IMG/VR virus record: IMGVR_UViG_3300045256_000069
Span: 1 to 54,458 of that record
Length of the DNA: 54,458 nt
Source of the DNA: a virus
Taxonomy: Duplodnaviria > Caudoviricetes
Direction: 5' to 3' (one strand)
Part shown: positions 1 through 9,764 of the stretch, in pieces
Position numbering within the stretch: position 1 is the stretch's first letter
How the letters are laid out: each line of letters opens with the position of its first letter
Translations under genes and position numbers: made by a program
The notes under the pieces: model-generated
Database searches by the model: none
What the model was told of the DNA's origin: nothing
What the model saw: the letters and a program-made list of their open reading frames with translations, nothing else

Positions 1-105
1 GGCGGTGCCCCGGGCAACTTGAAGCGCTCGAAGATGTCCATCCCGGAGAAGGCGAAGTACGTCGAGGAACACGGCCAGGCCGCGTACCTCAAGCTTCCCA
101 TGTAA
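1..105 (+). CDS. Head scaffolding protein, C-terminal part (continuation of 53829..54458 across the window junction)
   Basis: Frame 1 reads GGAPGNLKRSKMSIPEKAKYVEEHGQAAYLKLPM*. It joins in frame to ...YPSLFKGTGQSGSG at the window end and lies directly upstream of the major capsid gene. Confidence 0.85.
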   Translation, partial: GGAPGNLKRSKMSIPEKAKYVEEHGQAAYLKLPM

Positions 106-151
106 CCAGGCTGGGCGTTGAAGAGCATCTCATCATCAGAAAGGACATGAG

Positions 152-1150
152 ATGGCCACTGGCACCAAGAGCAACTTCCAGATCTTCAACGAGTACACTC
201 ACACCGGCATGGTGGAGACGCTCGTCCAGGTCTCGGAAGTCTTCAACGCCGCCTCGCAGGGCTCGATCCGACTGACGTCGGTCAACCGCCGCGGTGACTT
301 CAACTACGAGTCGTTCTTCGCGTCCACGTCGGGTCTCGTCACCCGCCGTATCACGAAGGGCACCGGTTCCACGTCGGCTGTGACCGACCTGGCGCTGTCG
401 CAGTCCCAGAAGGTCGGCGTCAAGATCAATCGCAAGATCGGTCCCGTCGCCAACACCCTGGACTCGTTCAAGAAGATCGGCGACGGTCCCTTCGACGAGA
501 ACGCCCTGAACTACGCCATCGGCGTGCAGGCCGCGAAGGCCATGCAGGTCGAGATGTGCGACACGGCTCTTGCCGCGGCGGTCGCTGCGCTCAAGAACCA
601 GTCGGCGGTCAAGTACACCGTCACCTCGAACGGCACGCTCGCCACCTCTTCGCTGGTCTCCGGCCTCGCGAAGTTCGGTGACCAGGCGAACCGTATCGTC
701 TGCTGGGTCATGCACTCCAAGCCGTTCTACGACCTCGTGCAGTCCCAGATCGCGGCGAACATCGACGGCGTGTCTAACTTCGTCGTGGCCCAGGCGTCCC
801 CGATCACGCTGAACCGTCCGGTTCTCGTGACCGACTCGCCGTCCCTGCTCCTGACCTCCGGCTCGCCGGCTGTCACCGACTACTTCACGCTCGGCCTCAC
901 GGTCGACGCGCTGGAGTGCGAGGACAGCGAGGAGTCGACGGTTCTCTCCGACATCCAGCTCGGGCTCGAGAACCTCGTCGTCCGTATGCAGGGCGAATAC
1001 GCCTACAACATGTCCATGAAGGGCTTCACCTGGGACGTCACCAACGGCGGCGAGAACCCGACCGTGTCGGCGCTCGGGACGGGTTCCAACTGGGACCCGA
1101 TTGCGGCTTCCTACAAGGACTACGCCGGCATCGTCATCCAGTCGCGCTGA
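152..1150 (+). CDS. Major capsid protein
   Basis: 332 aa; RBS AAAGGA; strongly biased codons; lies after the scaffold; WVMHSK and C-terminal GFTWD..GG.NPT...LGTGSNW resemble siphovirus coat proteins; followed by a hairpin. Confidence 0.85.
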   Translation: MATGTKSNFQIFNEYTHTGMVETLVQVSEVFNAASQGSIRLTSVNRRGDFNYESFFASTSGLVTRRITKGTGSTSAVTDLALSQSQKVGVKINRKIGPVANTLDSFKKIGDGPFDENALNYAIGVQAAKAMQVEMCDTALAAAVAALKNQSAVKYTVTSNGTLATSSLVSGLAKFGDQANRIVCWVMHSKPFYDLVQSQIAANIDGVSNFVVAQASPITLNRPVLVTDSPSLLLTSGSPAVTDYFTLGLTVDALECEDSEESTVLSDIQLGLENLVVRMQGEYAYNMSMKGFTWDVTNGGENPTVSALGTGSNWDPIAASYKDYAGIVIQSR

Positions 1151-1175
1151 TCCTGGCGCCGACTGAAACTGGGAC

Positions 1176-1203
1176 ACGCGGGGAGTCGAAAGGCTCCTCG
1201 CGT
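1176..1203 (+). terminator. Stem-loop after capsid gene (weak terminator or mRNA-stabilising hairpin)
   Basis: ACGCGGGGAGTC-GAAA-GGCTCCTCGCGT; GNRA loop, poor U tract. Confidence 0.6.
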
Positions 1204-1226
1204 ATTCCACAACAAGGGCCCCAGCC

Positions 1227-1637
1227 ATGAATGACCGACCCAAGAAGCACTACGCCATCTACTACTTCGGAGCACCTGTGGCCGCAAAGGCCCGCGCCGC
1301 TGAGCTCCGTCGCGAGAAGCAGTCCGCCATCGTGATCGACGCCTACGCGTTCAACGGTGAGCTCGAGTCGTGCGACCTGATCGAGTTCATCGGCAACGAG
1401 AAGGATGACGACGCGCAGAAGGCTCGCATCGTCGCCGCCTACTCCGGTCGTGCCAAGGAGGCCAATCCCGTCGAGGAGGAAGCCGAGGCCGAAAAGATTT
1501 TCGTTCCCGAGGGATGGCAGAAGCTGTCCTGGACGAAGCTGCAATCGCTCGCGTCGGAGATCAAGCCCGATGCGACCATCCGCAACAAGGACGAGGCCAA
1601 GTCGATCATCGCCGACTACCTCGAGGACAACAGCTGA
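1227..1637 (+). CDS. Hypothetical virion-module protein
   Basis: 136 aa between capsid and adaptor genes; small helical C-terminal domain (IPEGW..LSW..L..LA-like). Confidence 0.7.
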   Translation: MNDRPKKHYAIYYFGAPVAAKARAAELRREKQSAIVIDAYAFNGELESCDLIEFIGNEKDDDAQKARIVAAYSGRAKEANPVEEEAEAEKIFVPEGWQKLSWTKLQSLASEIKPDATIRNKDEAKSIIADYLEDNS

Positions 1638-1647
1638 GGAGTGAGCA

Positions 1648-2181
1648 ATGGCACTCGAAGTCGAAGACGGCACTGCCAAGTCGGACGCTGAGTCCTACGT
1701 CTCCGTCGCCGATTGCCAAAGCTACTTCGAGCTTCGTGGCACGGACAACTGGAGCGGCCTGCCCGCATCGCCCGATCCGACGACGGCACAGGAAGAGTTC
1801 CTGCGTCGTGCCACTGAGTACATCGACCAGTGCTACGCCGAGCTGTTCAAGGGATACCGGGTGAGTGCCGAACAGGCGCTTGCCTGGCCCCGCGAATGCG
1901 TCGAGGTCGATGGCATCTACCTGGCGAATGACGCACTGCCCGTCGCCCTCGTGCGTGCGACCTGTGAGGCTGCCAAGCTGATCGCGAGCGGCGAGGACGT
2001 GACGCCGACGCTCGAGCGCGGCAACCGCATCAAGACGAAGACCGAAACCGTCGGTCCGATCAGCCAGCGCATCGCCTATGCCGATGACGCGCCCGTGACC
2101 AACGTCTACACGTCCGTCCATCGCTACATGAAGCAGCTGCTCGACAGCTCGAGCGCAGTTCGCAAGGTGGTGCGCGGATGA
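1648..2181 (+). CDS. Head-tail adaptor (DnaT-like family)
   Basis: N-terminal LEVEDGT...AESYVSVAD, QALAWPR and ETVGPI motifs; RBS GAGGAG. Confidence 0.8.
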   Translation: MALEVEDGTAKSDAESYVSVADCQSYFELRGTDNWSGLPASPDPTTAQEEFLRRATEYIDQCYAELFKGYRVSAEQALAWPRECVEVDGIYLANDALPVALVRATCEAAKLIASGEDVTPTLERGNRIKTKTETVGPISQRIAYADDAPVTNVYTSVHRYMKQLLDSSSAVRKVVRG

Positions 2182-2567
2182 CCGTCTACACCAACCTCAT
2201 CAACACCGCCTATCGCCTGGTCGACAAGTTCGGCCAGAACATGACGGTGAATGTCGTCACTGACGGCACGCCGCCCGATCCGAGCCAGCCGTGGAACGTG
2301 GCTGCTGGTACGACCGTCTCGCACAGCACGCGAGGCGTCATGCTTGACTTTCGCCCTGATCAGGTCGAGGGCTACGCATACCAGCGTGGCGACAAGCTCG
2401 TCTACATCGCGGCCAAGGACCTCCCTGTGGTCATCACAGAGGAGATGTTTATCACCGACGCGTCAGGTGTGAGCTGGGCGATCATCTCCGCTTCGCGCGT
2501 CTATCCGTCCGGCGAGGACATCCTCTTCCAGCTGTATGTGCGCGAATGGCCACGACGCTACAAGTAG
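2178..2567 (+). CDS. Head closure/stopper protein
   Basis: 129 aa; A.RL..KFG motif; ATGA overlap with the adaptor gene; gene order. Confidence 0.65.
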   Translation: MTVYTNLINTAYRLVDKFGQNMTVNVVTDGTPPDPSQPWNVAAGTTVSHSTRGVMLDFRPDQVEGYAYQRGDKLVYIAAKDLPVVITEEMFITDASGVSWAIISASRVYPSGEDILFQLYVREWPRRYK

Positions 2568-3010
2568 CCGTAGACGAGATTTACGGCCGACTCAAGACGG
2601 TGTGGGATGCACAAACGCCGGCAATTCTTGGCGCGTCTCCCGCAGCGCCTGTCACGTTGCTCTACGAGGACACGGAATGGAAGGGTCGTCCCGACGATCC
2701 GACCAGTGCTCCCTGGGCGCGTGTCTCAATTCGTCATGCGAGTGGGCAGCAAGCCACTCTCGCTGACTCGACTTCAAGGCGCTTGTTCCGTAACTACGGT
2801 GCGGTTACGGTTCAGTGCTTTGCGCCCATGCGAGACAATCGCGGCGCGCCGGTGGCACGTCAACTCGCGGAGGTTGTAAAGGCAGCGTTCGAAGGTGCTC
2901 GCACCTCGAATGTCTGGTTTCAATCCGTGCGGTTCAATGAGATTGGCCGCGAGGGACTGTTCTTCCAGCTCAACGTCGTCGCCAACTTCGAGTGGGACGA
3001 AGCGAGGTAA
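2546..3010 (+). CDS. Tail terminator protein
   Basis: 154 aa; PWARV..RH, G.VTVQ.F.P and F.W C-terminus; directly before the tail tube gene. Confidence 0.7.
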   Translation: MATTLQVAVDEIYGRLKTVWDAQTPAILGASPAAPVTLLYEDTEWKGRPDDPTSAPWARVSIRHASGQQATLADSTSRRLFRNYGAVTVQCFAPMRDNRGAPVARQLAEVVKAAFEGARTSNVWFQSVRFNEIGREGLFFQLNVVANFEWDEAR

Positions 3011-3016
3011 TCAACT

Positions 3017-4537
3017 ATGGCAACTTTGAATAAGCAGGACTCCAACAGCTCGGGACTGCGCTACGCGCGGGAGGCGTCTTACGGCGTTCTTCCGACTTCG
3101 CCTGCGCCGACCTGGTACCCGCTGGAGCCCAACTCCTACAACGACTTCGGTGGGCAGATCACCACCGTCGCTCGCAACCCGATCAACGATGGCCGTCAGC
3201 GCAAGAAGGGCGTCACGACGGACCTCGATGCTTCGGGCGGGTTCGAGTCGGACCTCACGTACACCAACTTGCAGGACCTCCTGCAGGGCTTCTTCTTCGC
3301 CGCGCTCGAGACCAAGGCGGAGAAGTCGTGCGCCACGATCTCGGGATCGCCGCTCGCCTACCAGGTGACCAGCGGTACCGACTACGCGGTGAACGATCTG
3401 CTCTTCGCCAAGGGCTTCGACGCCGACGCCAACAACGGACTGAAGGTGGTGACGAACGCCGCCTCCGGTTCTGTGAGGGCTGCGGGTCTGTCGGCGGCGA
3501 CGAGTCAGTCGGGCACGGTCAGCAAGGTTGGCTTCGCCTTCTCCAGCGGCGATGCGACCATCGATGCCTCCGGCACGTTGCCGCAGTTCAAGACCACGAC
3601 CAAGGACCTGACGACGCTCAACCTGATCCCGGGCGAATGGGTCTACGTCGGTGGCGATGCTGCGGGCGACAAGTTCGCCACAGCTGCCAACAACGGCTGG
3701 GCGCGTGTCAAGTCTGTGACCACGAATGCCATCACGTTCGACAAGACTGCTGGCACAATGGTTACCGACGCCGGCACCGGCAAGACGATCCGACTCTTCT
3801 TCGGTCGCGTTCTGCGCAACCGGACGGGATCGAACATCGCTCGTCGGTCCTACCAGCTCGAGCGCACGCTGGGCGCGCCCGATGATGCACTGCCGTCGCA
3901 GATCCAGTCCGAGTACCTGGTCGGTGCGATCCCGAACGAGTTCGAGCTCGCGATCAACACCGCCGACAAGGTGACGGCCACTCTCGGGTTCGTGGCGAAG
4001 GACAACGAAACGCGTACGGGTGCTGTGGGCGTCAAGTCCGGCACGCGTCCGACGCTCGTTGACGCCGACGCCTACAACACGTCCAGCGACGTGAAGCGTA
4101 TCAAGATGGGCATCATCGACTCGACCAACGAGAACGTGACGCCCCTCTTCGCCTACATCACCGACCTGACCTTGAACATCAACAACAACCTCTCGCCCAA
4201 CAAGGCGGTGGGTGTTCTCGGTGCCTTCGAGGTGACGGCCGGCACGTTCGAGGTCACGGCCTCGATGACTGCTTACTTCGCTGACGTGACGGCCACTGCT
4301 GCGGTCCGCAACAACAGCGACGTTACGATGGACATCATGCTCGTCAAGGCGAACTCCGGTATCGCCATCGACATTCCGCTCATCGCCCTCGGCGACGGTC
4401 GGCTCAACGTCGAGCAGGATCAGCCCATCACTCTGCCGCTCTCCGCTGACGCGGGCACCGGCGCCAAGATCGACAGCAACATGAACCACACGCTGCTGAT
4501 GGTCTTCTTCGACTACCTGCCTGATGCGGCGGAGTAA
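3017..4537 (+). CDS. Major tail tube protein
   Basis: 506 aa; LEPNSY.DFGG....[20 protein letters not shown] motif typical of YuA/M6-like siphovirus tail tubes; RBS GAGGT. Confidence 0.8.
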   Translation: MATLNKQDSNSSGLRYAREASYGVLPTSPAPTWYPLEPNSYNDFGGQITTVARNPINDGRQRKKGVTTDLDASGGFESDLTYTNLQDLLQGFFFAALETKAEKSCATISGSPLAYQVTSGTDYAVNDLLFAKGFDADANNGLKVVTNAASGSVRAAGLSAATSQSGTVSKVGFAFSSGDATIDASGTLPQFKTTTKDLTTLNLIPGEWVYVGGDAAGDKFATAANNGWARVKSVTTNAITFDKTAGTMVTDAGTGKTIRLFFGRVLRNRTGSNIARRSYQLERTLGAPDDALPSQIQSEYLVGAIPNEFELAINTADKVTATLGFVAKDNETRTGAVGVKSGTRPTLVDADAYNTSSDVKRIKMGIIDSTNENVTPLFAYITDLTLNINNNLSPNKAVGVLGAFEVTAGTFEVTASMTAYFADVTATAAVRNNSDVTMDIMLVKANSGIAIDIPLIALGDGRLNVEQDQPITLPLSADAGTGAKIDSNMNHTLLMVFFDYLPDAAE

Positions 4538-4548
4538 GTCCACCTTCA

Positions 4549-4574
4549 GGGGCGGCGGGCATCACCGCCGTCCC
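4549..4574 (+). terminator. Stem-loop after tail tube gene
   Basis: GGGGCGGCGG-GCATCA-CCGCCGTCCC. Confidence 0.5.
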
Positions 4575-4601
4575 ATCCCCAGTGACAAGAGGTTCTTGCA
4601 C

Positions 4602-5033
4602 ATGAACGCCTATGAAATGTATTCCGCGGACAAGTCGAAGGAGACCGGTGGTATCTGGCTCGACTTCGGTTCGTTCCGCATCAAGGTCGCTCGTGCCGGT
4701 GGCTCGAATGTGGCCTTCGCCAAGTGTGTCGAGGAAAAGACCCGCCCGTATCGTCGGGCGATCGACCAGGGAGTGATGGACCCCAAGCGCGGCGACGAGC
4801 TGCTTGCCGAGGTCTTCGCCGAGGTCATCGTGCTCGACTGGCAGGTGAAGAAAGACAACGGTGAACTCGTGCAGGGAATGCACACGCCGGAAGGCGACAT
4901 CGCGCCCTTCACCCGCGACAACGTGAAGAACGTCTTTATTGACTTGCCGGAACTGTTCCAGCAGGTCCAGGCCGAAACCGCGAAGCTCGCCAACTTCCGC
5001 AAGGAAGCGGTGAAGGCCGAAGGAAAAAACTGA
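4602..5033 (+). CDS. Tail assembly chaperone (G-like)
   Basis: ATG at 4602 with upstream GAGG; E..G.WLD.G...I.ARAGG.N..F motif; ends at slippery GGA AAA AAC TGA. Confidence 0.8.
   Translation: MNAYEMYSADKSKETGGIWLDFGSFRIKVARAGGSNVAFAKCVEEKTRPYRRAIDQGVMDPKRGDELLAEVFAEVIVLDWQVKKDNGELVQGMHTPEGDIAPFTRDNVKNVFIDLPELFQQVQAETAKLANFRKEAVKAEGKN
5024..5030 (+). other. Programmed -1 ribosomal frameshift site A AAA AAC
   Basis: Canonical X XXY YYZ heptamer just before the stop. The -1 frame reads KLTEVLLYVLEQGPVERRILEM... and stays open to 5422. Confidence 0.85.
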
Positions 5034-5422
5034 CCGAGGTCCTGCTCTACGTCCTCGAGCAAGGGCCTGTGGAACGACGCATACTCGAGATGGCAATGAA
5101 GGGTGGGGGCCCAATTCCCCAGGCGATGCAAAACGCTCCCACCCTTGAACCAGGTCTCGAACTCTACATGATGGCGTACACTGACCTCGACCGAGGACGA
5201 GCAATATCCCAGATGGGGCAGGAATTGCCGCTTTCGTGGGACTTGATTGACAGGTGGTGCCACGCTCATGGTATATTCGGTGAAACTCGGGTAGACGTAT
5301 TCGAGCACGTTAGGAACCTTGACGACTTCTACTTGAGGTGGCGTGAGAGCAAACGGCCTAAGGGGAAAGGCAATGGGAGACCTCCGCCAGTTCAGCCAGC
5401 GAATGTTCGGTCTCGCAAATAA
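5030..5422 (+). CDS. Tail assembly chaperone frameshift extension (T part of GT)
   Basis: Open -1 frame from the slippery site; includes the listed ORF 5069..5422; no obvious RBS of its own. Confidence 0.75.
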   Translation: MTEVLLYVLEQGPVERRILEMAMKGGGPIPQAMQNAPTLEPGLELYMMAYTDLDRGRAISQMGQELPLSWDLIDRWCHAHGIFGETRVDVFEHVRNLDDFYLRWRESKRPKGKGNGRPPPVQPANVRSRK

Positions 5423-5801
5423 GATCGACAAGAACGCTAACGAAAAGGTCAAGGACGCAGCAAAAGCGTTCTTGACCACAGTAGTAGAAATGACGCCCGT
5501 CGATACAGGCCAGGCAGTGTCCTCCTGGAAGGTGGGTCTGAACTACAAGCCGCGCGGGACGCGTGTCTTCAGTGAAGGGGCCTCCGGGTCTACGGCTTCG
5601 GCCAACAGGTCAGCGGTGCTGGCGCAGGAACTGCCCAAGATCAGCGCCCGTGTCACGGGTCAAACGATCTCTGTGGTGAACACCGCCCCGTACATTCAGC
5701 GCCTGAATAACGGGACATCCAAGCAGGCACCCGCTGGGTTCATCGATAGCGCCTACATCCAGGCGACATTGGCGATCCGCAAGAGAAAGCTGTTGGTCTG
5801 A
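5373..5801 (+). CDS. Tail completion/neck protein (HK97 gp10-like)
   Basis: TPVDTG.A.S.W and N.APYI.RLN.G.SKQAPAGF motifs. Confidence 0.8.
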   Translation: MGDLRQFSQRMFGLANKIDKNANEKVKDAAKAFLTTVVEMTPVDTGQAVSSWKVGLNYKPRGTRVFSEGASGSTASANRSAVLAQELPKISARVTGQTISVVNTAPYIQRLNNGTSKQAPAGFIDSAYIQATLAIRKRKLLV

Positions 5802-8302
5802 TGGCAACCGAAGAAACAGTCGTTTTAGTCTCCGAACGTGGCGCATCCGACGTAGCCAAGAAGGTTCGGGACATCGGAACAGCCGGCGAACAGTCGGCCA
5901 AGTCGATTGACACGCTCAAGGGCGTGCTCGCGACCATCGGCGGTGTGTTGGCTGTGGATAAGCTGAAGGAGGCGTCCGACGCCTACCTCGGCATCAACAA
6001 CCGACTTAAGCTTGTTACCAAAGGCGCCGACGACTTGGCGAAGACGCAGCAGCGATTGCTCGACATCTCGAACGACACACGGTCGAGCTTCGAAGGTACC
6101 GCCGCGCTCTACACCAAGCTGTCGCTCAACGCCAAGAACCTGAACATCAGTCAGGAAGATGTGGCGAAGGTTGTCGAACGCACCAACAAGGCCATCGTGC
6201 TGTCCGGTGCATCGGCGAACGAAGCGAAGGGCGGTCTGATCCAGTTCAGCCAGGGCCTTGCGTCCGGTCGTCTGCAGGGCGAAGAACTGCGGTCGGTGCT
6301 GGAGAACTTGCCCGCCCTCGCGCAGCAGATCGCCAAGGGCTTGAACACCACAGTCGACAACCTGCGCAAGCTTGGCGCCGCCGGATCGCTCACGACATCC
6401 GCCGTGCTCGGCGCGTTGAAGCGTCAGGGAGACGAGATCGATAAGGCCTTCAAGTCGTTCACGCCGACGATTGGCCAGGCGCTCGAGGTGCTCAACAACC
6501 AGTTTATCACCTTCGTTGGCAACGCAGGCCAGACCTCAGGCGCTGCAAACCTGATCGCGTCGAGCATCCTGACGCTCGCCAACAACCTGGGCACCGCCTC
6601 GAACATCGTCCTGACGTTCGGTGCTGCCTTCGCCACGCTGAAGATCGCCACGTTCATTCAAGGCATCTACACGGCGACGACGGCGGTCGGGTTCTTCAAC
6701 GCCATCCTGTCGGTCAATCCCATCGTCGCCTTTGCCGTCGCGCTCGTCGGCGTCACGACTGCGCTGCTGACCTTTGGCTCGAGCATCAAGCTCACAGCCG
6801 ATGGCACTGTGACGCTCGCGACGGTGACGAAGACCGCACTCAATCAGGTCGGACAGTCGCTGCTCACTCTAGCGCAGTATGCCATCACGGTCGGCACGTC
6901 GATCATCACGGTCTTGACCGACACCTTCAACTTCGTCGCCAACGGGTTCAACACCGCCTACAACACAGTCAGCGGATGGGTTACCAAGGTCAAGACGCTG
7001 TTCACTGACATTGGCAACTTCATCAAGACCACGTTCGATGGCGTAATCGCGTACATCAACGGCCTGTGGCAGTCGGTGCTCAACACGATCTCCTCGGTGC
7101 TGCAGCGTGTCGGCGACGTGGCCAACAAGATCGTGTCTGTGGGCAAGGCGAATGCACAGGGAGGAGGAAACCTTGCGAAGAGCCTACCGGGGTTTGCTAC
7201 TGGCGGGTCTTTCACCGTCGGCGGTTCGGGTGGCACGGACTCTCAGCTCGTTGCCTTCCGCGCGACACCTGGCGAGAAGGTCAGCATCAATACGCCTGGT
7301 CAGTCGGGCGGCAATTTCCAGATCACGACCGCCTTCGCTGGCCCCGAGTCGCAGAAGACGTTTCAGACTGTCTTGTCGAGCGGTAAGACCGAGAGCACGT
7401 TCAACGATGCGGTGAAGTCGGGAACGTCCGACGGGTTCAAGACGCTCAACAGCACGACGGCTGCTCTGTCGACCGATGTCACGACGGGCAACAACAAGCT
7501 GATCAGCCAGACTGTGGCATACGGTGGGCAGATCACGGGCGTTGTGAACGCGTCCAGCAAAAGCACCTCAGCAGGCCTCAGCACTGTCCGGGCCGGCACC
7601 GATGCGACGACGGAAAGCGTTGACCGCCTGACTGGCGTCGTCGCGGCATCTGGAGGCATCGGCGGCAGTGACGGCGGTGGTACATCGTTCAACACCGGCG
7701 GCGGTGGCAGCGATTTCAACAAGCCACTTCTCGGCAACACGCAGGGCAGCGGAGGCTTCAGCAGCGGAGGTGGCGGTGGTGGATCGTTCACGATCACTGT
7801 GACGCCGCCGTTCCAGCAGTGGCTGCAGAACCTGGGCGGTGTCGCAGTCAAGGGCGCACTTCAGGGTTTCCAGCAGGACGTCTATCAGTACGTCAAGCTG
7901 CTCGAGCGTCCCATTGACAACCAGGGCGCCATCGCCGCAAGCCGCAAGAACCTGGCTCGCAAGGTTGCCGTCTACAAGAATGACCCGCAGTTCAACCTCG
8001 CGTTCGGGTCGCTCGCCAACGAGCTGCTCAAGTTCCGCAACGGCGGCTCGGTCATGGTGGGCGGCACAGGTGCTGTCGACTCGACCTACCTGGCGATGCG
8101 TGCGACGAAGGGCGAACGGATCGACGTACTCACGCCCGCGCAGCAGCAGGAAGAGCGCAAGCAGATGCAGGCGGGCAGCCAGCGTCCCATCAATGTCGAG
8201 ATCAACATCACGACGCCGGATGCCAACAGCTTCCGCAAGTCGAAGACCCAGGTGCTGCAGCAGTTCGTGGTAGACCTGCAGAGGAGCTTGAATAATGTTT
8301 GA
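5801..8302 (+). CDS. Tape measure protein
   Basis: 833 aa; N-terminal tape-measure motif QFSQGLASGRLQGEELRSVLE; central hydrophobic segments; follows the chaperones. Confidence 0.9.
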   Translation: MATEETVVLVSERGASDVAKKVRDIGTAGEQSAKSIDTLKGVLATIGGVLAVDKLKEASDAYLGINNRLKLVTKGADDLAKTQQRLLDISNDTRSSFEGTAALYTKLSLNAKNLNISQEDVAKVVERTNKAIVLSGASANEAKGGLIQFSQGLASGRLQGEELRSVLENLPALAQQIAKGLNTTVDNLRKLGAAGSLTTSAVLGALKRQGDEIDKAFKSFTPTIGQALEVLNNQFITFVGNAGQTSGAANLIASSILTLANNLGTASNIVLTFGAAFATLKIATFIQGIYTATTAVGFFNAILSVNPIVAFAVALVGVTTALLTFGSSIKLTADGTVTLATVTKTALNQVGQSLLTLAQYAITVGTSIITVLTDTFNFVANGFNTAYNTVSGWVTKVKTLFTDIGNFIKTTFDGVIAYINGLWQSVLNTISSVLQRVGDVANKIVSVGKANAQGGGNLAKSLPGFATGGSFTVGGSGGTDSQLVAFRATPGEKVSINTPGQSGGNFQITTAFAGPESQKTFQTVLSSGKTESTFNDAVKSGTSDGFKTLNSTTAALSTDVTTGNNKLISQTVAYGGQITGVVNASSKSTSAGLSTVRAGTDATTESVDRLTGVVAASGGIGGSDGGGTSFNTGGGGSDFNKPLLGNTQGSGGFSSGGGGGGSFTITVTPPFQQWLQNLGGVAVKGALQGFQQDVYQYVKLLERPIDNQGAIAASRKNLARKVAVYKNDPQFNLAFGSLANELLKFRNGGSVMVGGTGAVDSTYLAMRATKGERIDVLTPAQQQEERKQMQAGSQRPINVEINITTPDANSFRKSKTQVLQQFVVDLQRSLNNV

Positions 8303-8882
8303 TGACGTCCGCCTGCCCGAAGAAGTCGAACGCGGCGCTGTAGGCGGTCCGCGTTTTCAGACGTCGATCACTGTGCTGGCGACAGGCGCCGAACAGCGCA
8401 ACGTCGACTGGGAACGCCAGCGCGGCAAGTGGGAACTGACCTACGGCATCCAGAGCAAGACCGACTTTATGGATGTTGTGAAGTTCTTCTACGCACGACA
8501 GGGCAAGGCCCGCGGGTTCCGGTTCAAAGACTGGACGGATTATCAGGCGACGGCCGAAGCCATCGGCACGGGCAACGGCGTGGCGACGACGTTCCAGCTG
8601 CGCAAGAACTACACATCGGTCGTCACGTACCAGCGCAAGATTACTCGACCTGTGAGCGGGACGGTGACGGTCTACAAGAACGGCGTAGCGCAGTCCGTGA
8701 CCATCAACTACAGCACCGGCGTGGTGACGTTCGGTGTTGCACCCGCTTCGCTCGATGCGATCACCGCCACCTTCGAGTTCGACGTGCCCGTCCGCTTCGA
8801 TACCGATGAGCTGCAGATCGAGGCCGAGACCTACGACGCTGCGGCAATCAAGTCACTGCCTGTGGTGGAGCTGCGCGAATGA
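8295..8882 (+). CDS. Distal tail protein (GTA-like, DUF2460/TIGR02217)
   Basis: GGP.F.T.I.....G.EQRN..W, FF.AR.G...GFRFKDW.DY and FEFDVPVRFDTD motifs. Confidence 0.9.
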   Translation: MFDDVRLPEEVERGAVGGPRFQTSITVLATGAEQRNVDWERQRGKWELTYGIQSKTDFMDVVKFFYARQGKARGFRFKDWTDYQATAEAIGTGNGVATTFQLRKNYTSVVTYQRKITRPVSGTVTVYKNGVAQSVTINYSTGVVTFGVAPASLDAITATFEFDVPVRFDTDELQIEAETYDAAAIKSLPVVELRE

Positions 8883-9763
8883 AGACTATCGGCGGGTCGC
8901 TTCAGACCGCAATCGAAGCTGAGACGACTTACCTGTGCCGTATTTGGGAGCTCCAGCTTTCAAACGGCACAATTCTTTATTTTACGGATCACGATCAGGA
9001 CGTGGTCTATAGCGGCCAGACATACAAGGCTGATCCCGGCGTCACCGTGTCAGCGTTGATGGCCACGACGGCAGGCGGACAGAACGCCACGCTGACTGTG
9101 CAGTTCAAGACGTCCTACATCACCGAGTCGATGGTTCGTCGCGGTCAGCTTGACGATGCGATCTTCGTGCTCAGCGCAGTCGACTGGACCAACACTTCGC
9201 TCGGCGCCATCCCATTGTTCACAGGATCGCTGGCCGATGTCGAGTGGCACGACAAGCTGATGGCGGTCATCACCATCCGCGCGGGGCTTGCTGCCGCGTC
9301 GGACAACACCGCCGGTGAGTTCTATTCGCGCACCTGCCGCGCCAAGCTCGGCGACAGCCGCTGTCAGGTCAATCTCACCTCGCTGTCCATCGCGTTGACT
9401 GTGGCGAGCGTCACGGCGTCAGGCCTGTCATTCACGGCAACGGCGGTCAATGCGTCGGCCACCAACTACTTTGCCCTCGGCGTCATCGAATGGGCGACAG
9501 GCGACAACGCTGGATTGATTGACGAGGTACAGGCGAACGTGACGGGCACCGGGTTGGTGACGTTGGCGCTCCAGCCTCGCTTCCCGATCCAAGTCGGCGA
9601 TACGGGAACGATCAAGCCTGGGTGCAACAAGGAAGCAGTGACGTGCAAGAACAAGTTCAACAACTTGGTCAATATGCGCGCTGAGCCTTATGCCCCACCG
9701 CCGAATGCCAACCTCATGGCCAACTGGCAGCCGCCTCCTCTCGCGCCTCTGGTAGGAAGCTAA
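8879..9763 (+). CDS. Baseplate hub protein (GTA-like, DUF2163/TIGR02218)
   Basis: FTDHD.D, CRA.LGD.RC.V and PGC.K...TC..KF.N..N.R.EP Cys motifs. Confidence 0.88.
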   Translation: MKTIGGSLQTAIEAETTYLCRIWELQLSNGTILYFTDHDQDVVYSGQTYKADPGVTVSALMATTAGGQNATLTVQFKTSYITESMVRRGQLDDAIFVLSAVDWTNTSLGAIPLFTGSLADVEWHDKLMAVITIRAGLAAASDNTAGEFYSRTCRAKLGDSRCQVNLTSLSIALTVASVTASGLSFTATAVNASATNYFALGVIEWATGDNAGLIDEVQANVTGTGLVTLALQPRFPIQVGDTGTIKPGCNKEAVTCKNKFNNLVNMRAEPYAPPPNANLMANWQPPPLAPLVGS

Positions 9764-9764
9764 C

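Noticed and set aside
89-4543. Long antisense ORFs (89..1243, 3011..4543; similarly 19859..20932, 25622..26569, 49825..50820)
   Set aside because: These are shadow frames of strongly codon-biased high-GC genes, with no RBS or motifs.
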